Source: Psammoneis japonica
Taxonomy: Eukaryota
Reading direction: 5' to 3'
Length of the DNA: 64,000 bases
Assembly (NCBI GenBank): GCA_008632985.1
Contig: QPGO01000039.1
Location: forward strand, 496,001-560,000
The notes beneath the pieces were generated by a model. The model was not told the DNA's origin. It did not search any database and saw only the letters and a program-made list of their open reading frames with translations. Position 1 is the first letter of the stretch; each line of letters starts with the position of its first letter. Shown here one piece after another: positions 59,601 to 64,000 of the stretch. Position numbers and translations under genes: made by a program.

Positions 59601-62600
59601 GTTTCATTTTGTGGATGTGGAGCAACACTTCTCCACACACCCATTTGTTGTTTTCAATGCATTGTGGGTTGCTGTTTTTGTCTCCTTCTGGCAGCTCAAA
59701 GGCACACAGGGGATGCCGCCGCCACTCTCATCTGTTGAAAAAGCAGCATCAGAATGCAGTCAAGAGCAGAAAAGGGAAGTCATCATGTTGAGATCTGTCT
59801 TTGTGTTTTTGTGATTCTGCAGCGCCACTTCACGGGCGGGGCTGGTGCATTGGAGATGTCTGTCATGCTGCCAGGGTCCATCCTGTGGCCCCAGTGCTTG
59901 CAAGGGGTGCAGCCAGTTGTCCTGTGCTTTTTGACGGCTTGCCTGACATTGCTGTCAGGGTTCATCATCCCGTGCCCTCCAATTCCATGGGGGGTGCAGT
60001 GATGTCAGTGGATGCACCCTTCAACAAACATGTTGGGGTGCACCCATGCTCCTCCTCACTTTGGGGGTGCAGCCACTGGATCTCACTTTTTGGGGTTCTT
60101 GCAAGCTGGAAAGCATGCTGTCAGGGTTCATCCCATGACTCCCACCTTTGATGGGGGTGCACCACAGCTCTTCAAGGATTTGATTTTGTTTGCATGGATG
60201 ACAGTCTTGATGCATCATCCCACACTTTTGGAGATGGCATCAACAATGTCAGTGGCTTTGTTTCTGCAGACCACTTTGCCAGCTCTCCCATGGTCCATCC
60301 ATCCCACACTCCCCCTCTTTCTTGTGGATGGAACCTCTCTGTGAACCTCACCCAAGAACTTTCCCCTGCAAGAATCCCACTGAGTCCCTGCATGTCTTCA
60401 TCTTCCACCGCTGAGGCCAGGAGAAAAATGGGCGGCAATCAGGTCAGAGACAACATGGGTGGTGGATGAAACAACGACAACATTGCACAACAGTTGTTCT
60501 GAAATTGACCAAATCTCACGCAGTTGTCAGTGCACAAAAGTGGACACTGGTGCACCAGGGAAAGCCATTGTTTTCACTGGCGCAGTGCAGTCTTTTTGGC
60601 AGAGACCACCACAATGAATTCATGGTGTGATGGTGGGGCAGATGGCTTGAAAGAACAGAGTGTGCACATGCACAATGGATGTGTGACACCAACAGACAAT
60701 CAGGCAAAGTCACAAAATCTTTGGACTCTTTGGACCAATGAGAACTCACATCAGAAATTTGAACAAAAAGGGCACAATGCATGAGTGCATTGGAGTGGGC
60801 ACCAGTTGGCCCGGCACGTTCGCAGACAATCTCAGAACTGGCACTTCATTTGCAACTCAGATCTGGTCAGTTGGTTTTCAACTGGTGCATGATGCCCAGC
60901 TGTGGCTGCTGGAGACTTGCCATGTTGAAAATGTGGGCAGCTGGATGATGGCCTTGCTGTCATCCATGCACTGCCTCTGCTCCAGGGCCCTGCTCAGAAG
61001 GGGTGACTGACAGTGCTCCTTGACCACCCACCAAGGCAAAAAAATGTTTTTCCCATTTTGTTGCCAGTCTGGAGCATTTTTTTAATGAGCTCTGCACCCT
61101 GCCGGCCAAAATTGTGAGCTGGAGGGCACCAAGTTCAGCTGGTGCAACTGCTGAGCTCTTGACTGGTTGTTTCATTTTTGCACAAGTTGCCACAGTCCTG
61201 TGAGTTTTTTTTTTTTCAACTTCTTTCAATGCTTTGCAGCTGTGAAAGCAGTGCCAACAAACAAAAATGTGAAGTGGAGGCAAGCAGAGGCAAGAACATG
61301 TGGTGTCAAGAAGGAAGTGGCAAAACATTGTGTGCTTCTTGCAGAAATTGACTTGTTGCACTCAAGCAATTTTTCTGTCTTGTTGCACGACACAATGTCT
61401 GTGCAGAAGGCAGCCAAACCAGATCTGGTGCACACTGACATGTCATGCAGGGCTCATGTGTGCATCAGCATGGTGTGGTCTGACCCGGGCTCTGCACCCA
61501 CCTCCCTGCCAGGGACACAAGTGTCCAGCTGCTCCTCAAGCCCCACACAAGCATTTGCAGGTGCGCAGCCCAGCATGCACAATCAGGCAGCAGGTGACAA
61601 CAAAGAAGTGGCGCTTGTTGCACGTGTGCTGAGCGCTGCGCAAGCAGGAGGAAGGGAGAGCATGTGCATCAGAAGATGCTGCATCTTGCATGCAAACATG
61701 AAGTGTTGGCCAGTTGCACGGGGACTGCTGCTGGGCCAAATGTTGCTCCAAGAGCTTGTGAGCAAAGTGCAGCCAAACAAGTGTGTGTGGCTGCTGCCAC
61801 TCAATTTGCGCTGCTTGAGACACCCCATCTGACTGGATGATTGCGTCCCATCCCCACTTCTTGCTTTGCATCAACTTTGTACAAAAATGCCACAGGTTTG
61901 CCAACGCTGCTGAGAAGCTCCTCTCTTTTTCTTCTCAAACATGTGAAAAGTTTTTCAACATGTGGCTGTTTTACTTTCCACCACCTTGGCTTCTTCCTCG
62001 ACTCCATCATCAACCTCATGCAATTTGCATGCCAAATGAGATCCACAAAAAGTGCAATCAACAAAAGAGAGTCGAGTGGCAGCTTTCTCGCAAAACAACG
62101 AGCAGTTGCTGTCGTTCTGTTGTTGGCGCCCTTGCCACAAATGTTCTTGAACATTTAACGTGATGTCATGTTCGAAACAATGAAGACATCAAAAAACAAT
62201 GAGAACCGAGGACAGAGAGATCAGTCTCACCGCACGCAGACCGCAGCGAATCATCGCAAGACACAATGAAAAACAAAAGAACTGAACTGTTGCTGTGAAC
62301 GAAAAAACAAGAATGTGAGTCATTGCTCAGTCGAGGCTGCTGTGATCCACGGAAAAAAAGTCCCATTGCTGATGCCAGTCGTCACTTTTAGAAGGTTGTG
62401 AATGTTTGCGCAGGGCCCTGAGATTGTGGTTGCGTGAACGACGCGTCTCTTTGCCAAAATAAAGAGTGCCTTCACAAAACTCGCTGAAAGCAGCTCAATG
62501 CAATTGGGCCCTTTTGTGTGTTCTTTTTCGTTGTTGTCATCGTCACATGCTCCTTTGTGCGTTCGATCCACCGGAGAGGTGACAATGTGATGGACGGCAG

Positions 62601-62788
62601 GGGTTCGGGTTCTTTTTGCCCCCAAACACCCTGTCAAATGACTGCATTGATTTGGCGTTTTGTTGTTCTTTTGTCGATCGCAGTTGTCATGACGACACTC
62701 ACAAGACAAAGCGCCTTTCTAAACTTCCGTTGCATTCTGTGTGGGGTGCCCTTTAAAGCGAGGAGCAAGAGAGAAAGCAAAAGAACTC

Positions 62789-63912
62789 ATGGTGACGGGC
62801 AACAGGGAGAATTTCCGTGTGCGCACCATCACAGGGAGCTCAATGGTGCTCCCCACGATCTCGGGTTTTTTGCCAAATTGTGGAAAGCCTGGTGCAGATG
62901 CCTGCAAGATTGCTGCTTACAATGATCTCAAGGGTGTTGAGGCCAATGGACTGGACAGAAACCATGTGATGGTCAACGACATTCAAGCCGCTGACGACAA
63001 TTTCAAGCCCACAGGCAGCAGTGGTGACACCTGCAGTTGTGAGGAATGTGACATGCCGTTCACTGGATCGTTTGATGGTGGCGGACATGCCATTCGCGGT
63101 TTGTCCACATTTCTGGGGGAAGATCACGATTGTGACAGCACCGGCTCGGGTTTGTTTGGTGGTGTCGCTGGTGACGCCGACATCCGCAATCTCATCCTCA
63201 ATGACACCAAAGTTGAACATTGTGGCCACTGTCCAAACCATGCCGGATCACTTGCTGGATGTGTGGATGGTGGCACGATCCATAATGTCGCTGCAAGAAA
63301 TTCACAAGTCGAAGGGGATGTCTGTGCTGGTGGGCTTGTTGGATGGGCAGATGGGGGCAATTTCTCCTGCTGCCAGGTTCTTGGTGGGAAAGCATGTGGG
63401 GATGCAGCTGGTGGTCTTGCGGGATGGATTAAAAATGTTGCCATCAAAGAATGCAGTGTGCAAAACATCTCTCTGAAAGATGGGTGTGAACCGTGGTGTC
63501 ACAGGTCTTTTGGCGGTTTGGTTGGCCGAGCCGACTTCTCAGTCATCAACAATTGCTTTGTGGCTGGTGATGTCACTGTTTTGAGCAATTTGCCTGTGGG
63601 TGGCCTTGTTGGGGAAGCATGGGCAACGAACATGTCAAAGAGCCATTTTCCAGGTGATGTGAAAGGAGGTCACACCGCTGGTGGTCTCGTTGGCATGACT
63701 TACAAATCGTCGATTAAGAGCAGCTTTGCCACAGGTGAGGCCACAACAGAGAAGAGCTTGTGTGACGATGATGTTTTCACAGGTGGATTTGTTGGTCGTG
63801 ACAGCTCCGATGACTGCGAGTTGCGACTAGAGGGCAACCACTGCGTGATGGACCCTGCAGTTGGGGGCGAGCATGAGGCAGCCGACACCGAAGTAAAGTC
63901 GTGGAAAGCAAG
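62789..63912 (+). pseudogene. TpA-hypermutated, truncated paralog of the GLUG gene at 48427
   Basis: Colinear with ~48427-49565. The upstream ~0.8 kb (61950-62790 vs 47600-48430) is also homologous. Confidence 0.92.
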
Positions 63913-64000
63913 TGCAGTGTGCCTCGCTGCTGGACAACACGGCGAGACCGTGTGTGAGCCTCTTGCACGTGGCAACGCAGCATTGTTAACACGTGCCTGG

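Larger units (their letters stand above)
50870..64000. other. TpA-depleted island 4 (repeat cluster)
   Basis: Only a few dozen TA in 13 kb. CpG is also depleted up to ~61.9 kb but retained in 62-64 kb. Confidence 0.92.

Noticed and set aside
18021..64000. Many overlapping Cys/His-rich ORFs in all six frames within the islands
   Set aside because: A by-product of losing TAA/TAG stops and of Tyr->Cys/His changes; these are not real genes or metal-binding proteins.

Overview
Eukaryotic genomic DNA, most likely from a pennate diatom: compact genes, short GT-AG introns, and diatom-type HA-domain, LRR and FG-GAP families. About 18 ordinary genes alternate with four sharply bounded islands (~0.5-3.05, 18.1-26.65, 29.65-31.85 and 50.9-64 kb) in which the dinucleotide TpA is strongly depleted to almost absent. 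The islands hold repeats: a Ty3/Gypsy LTR element, a Penelope-like retroelement with hammerhead-ribozyme remnants, a 9-bp minisatellite, a possible piggyBac remnant and duplicated host genes. In them TpA has been converted to TpG or CpA (A:T->G:C on both strands). Conserved Tyr codons read as Cys or His, TAA/TAG stops are lost, and an in-window paralog pair shows 10 of 14 TpA sites converted while CpGs are largely intact. This looks like repeat-targeted hypermutation with the opposite polarity to fungal RIP, and is the main candidate novel system. All counts and alignments were made by eye; no searches were run.
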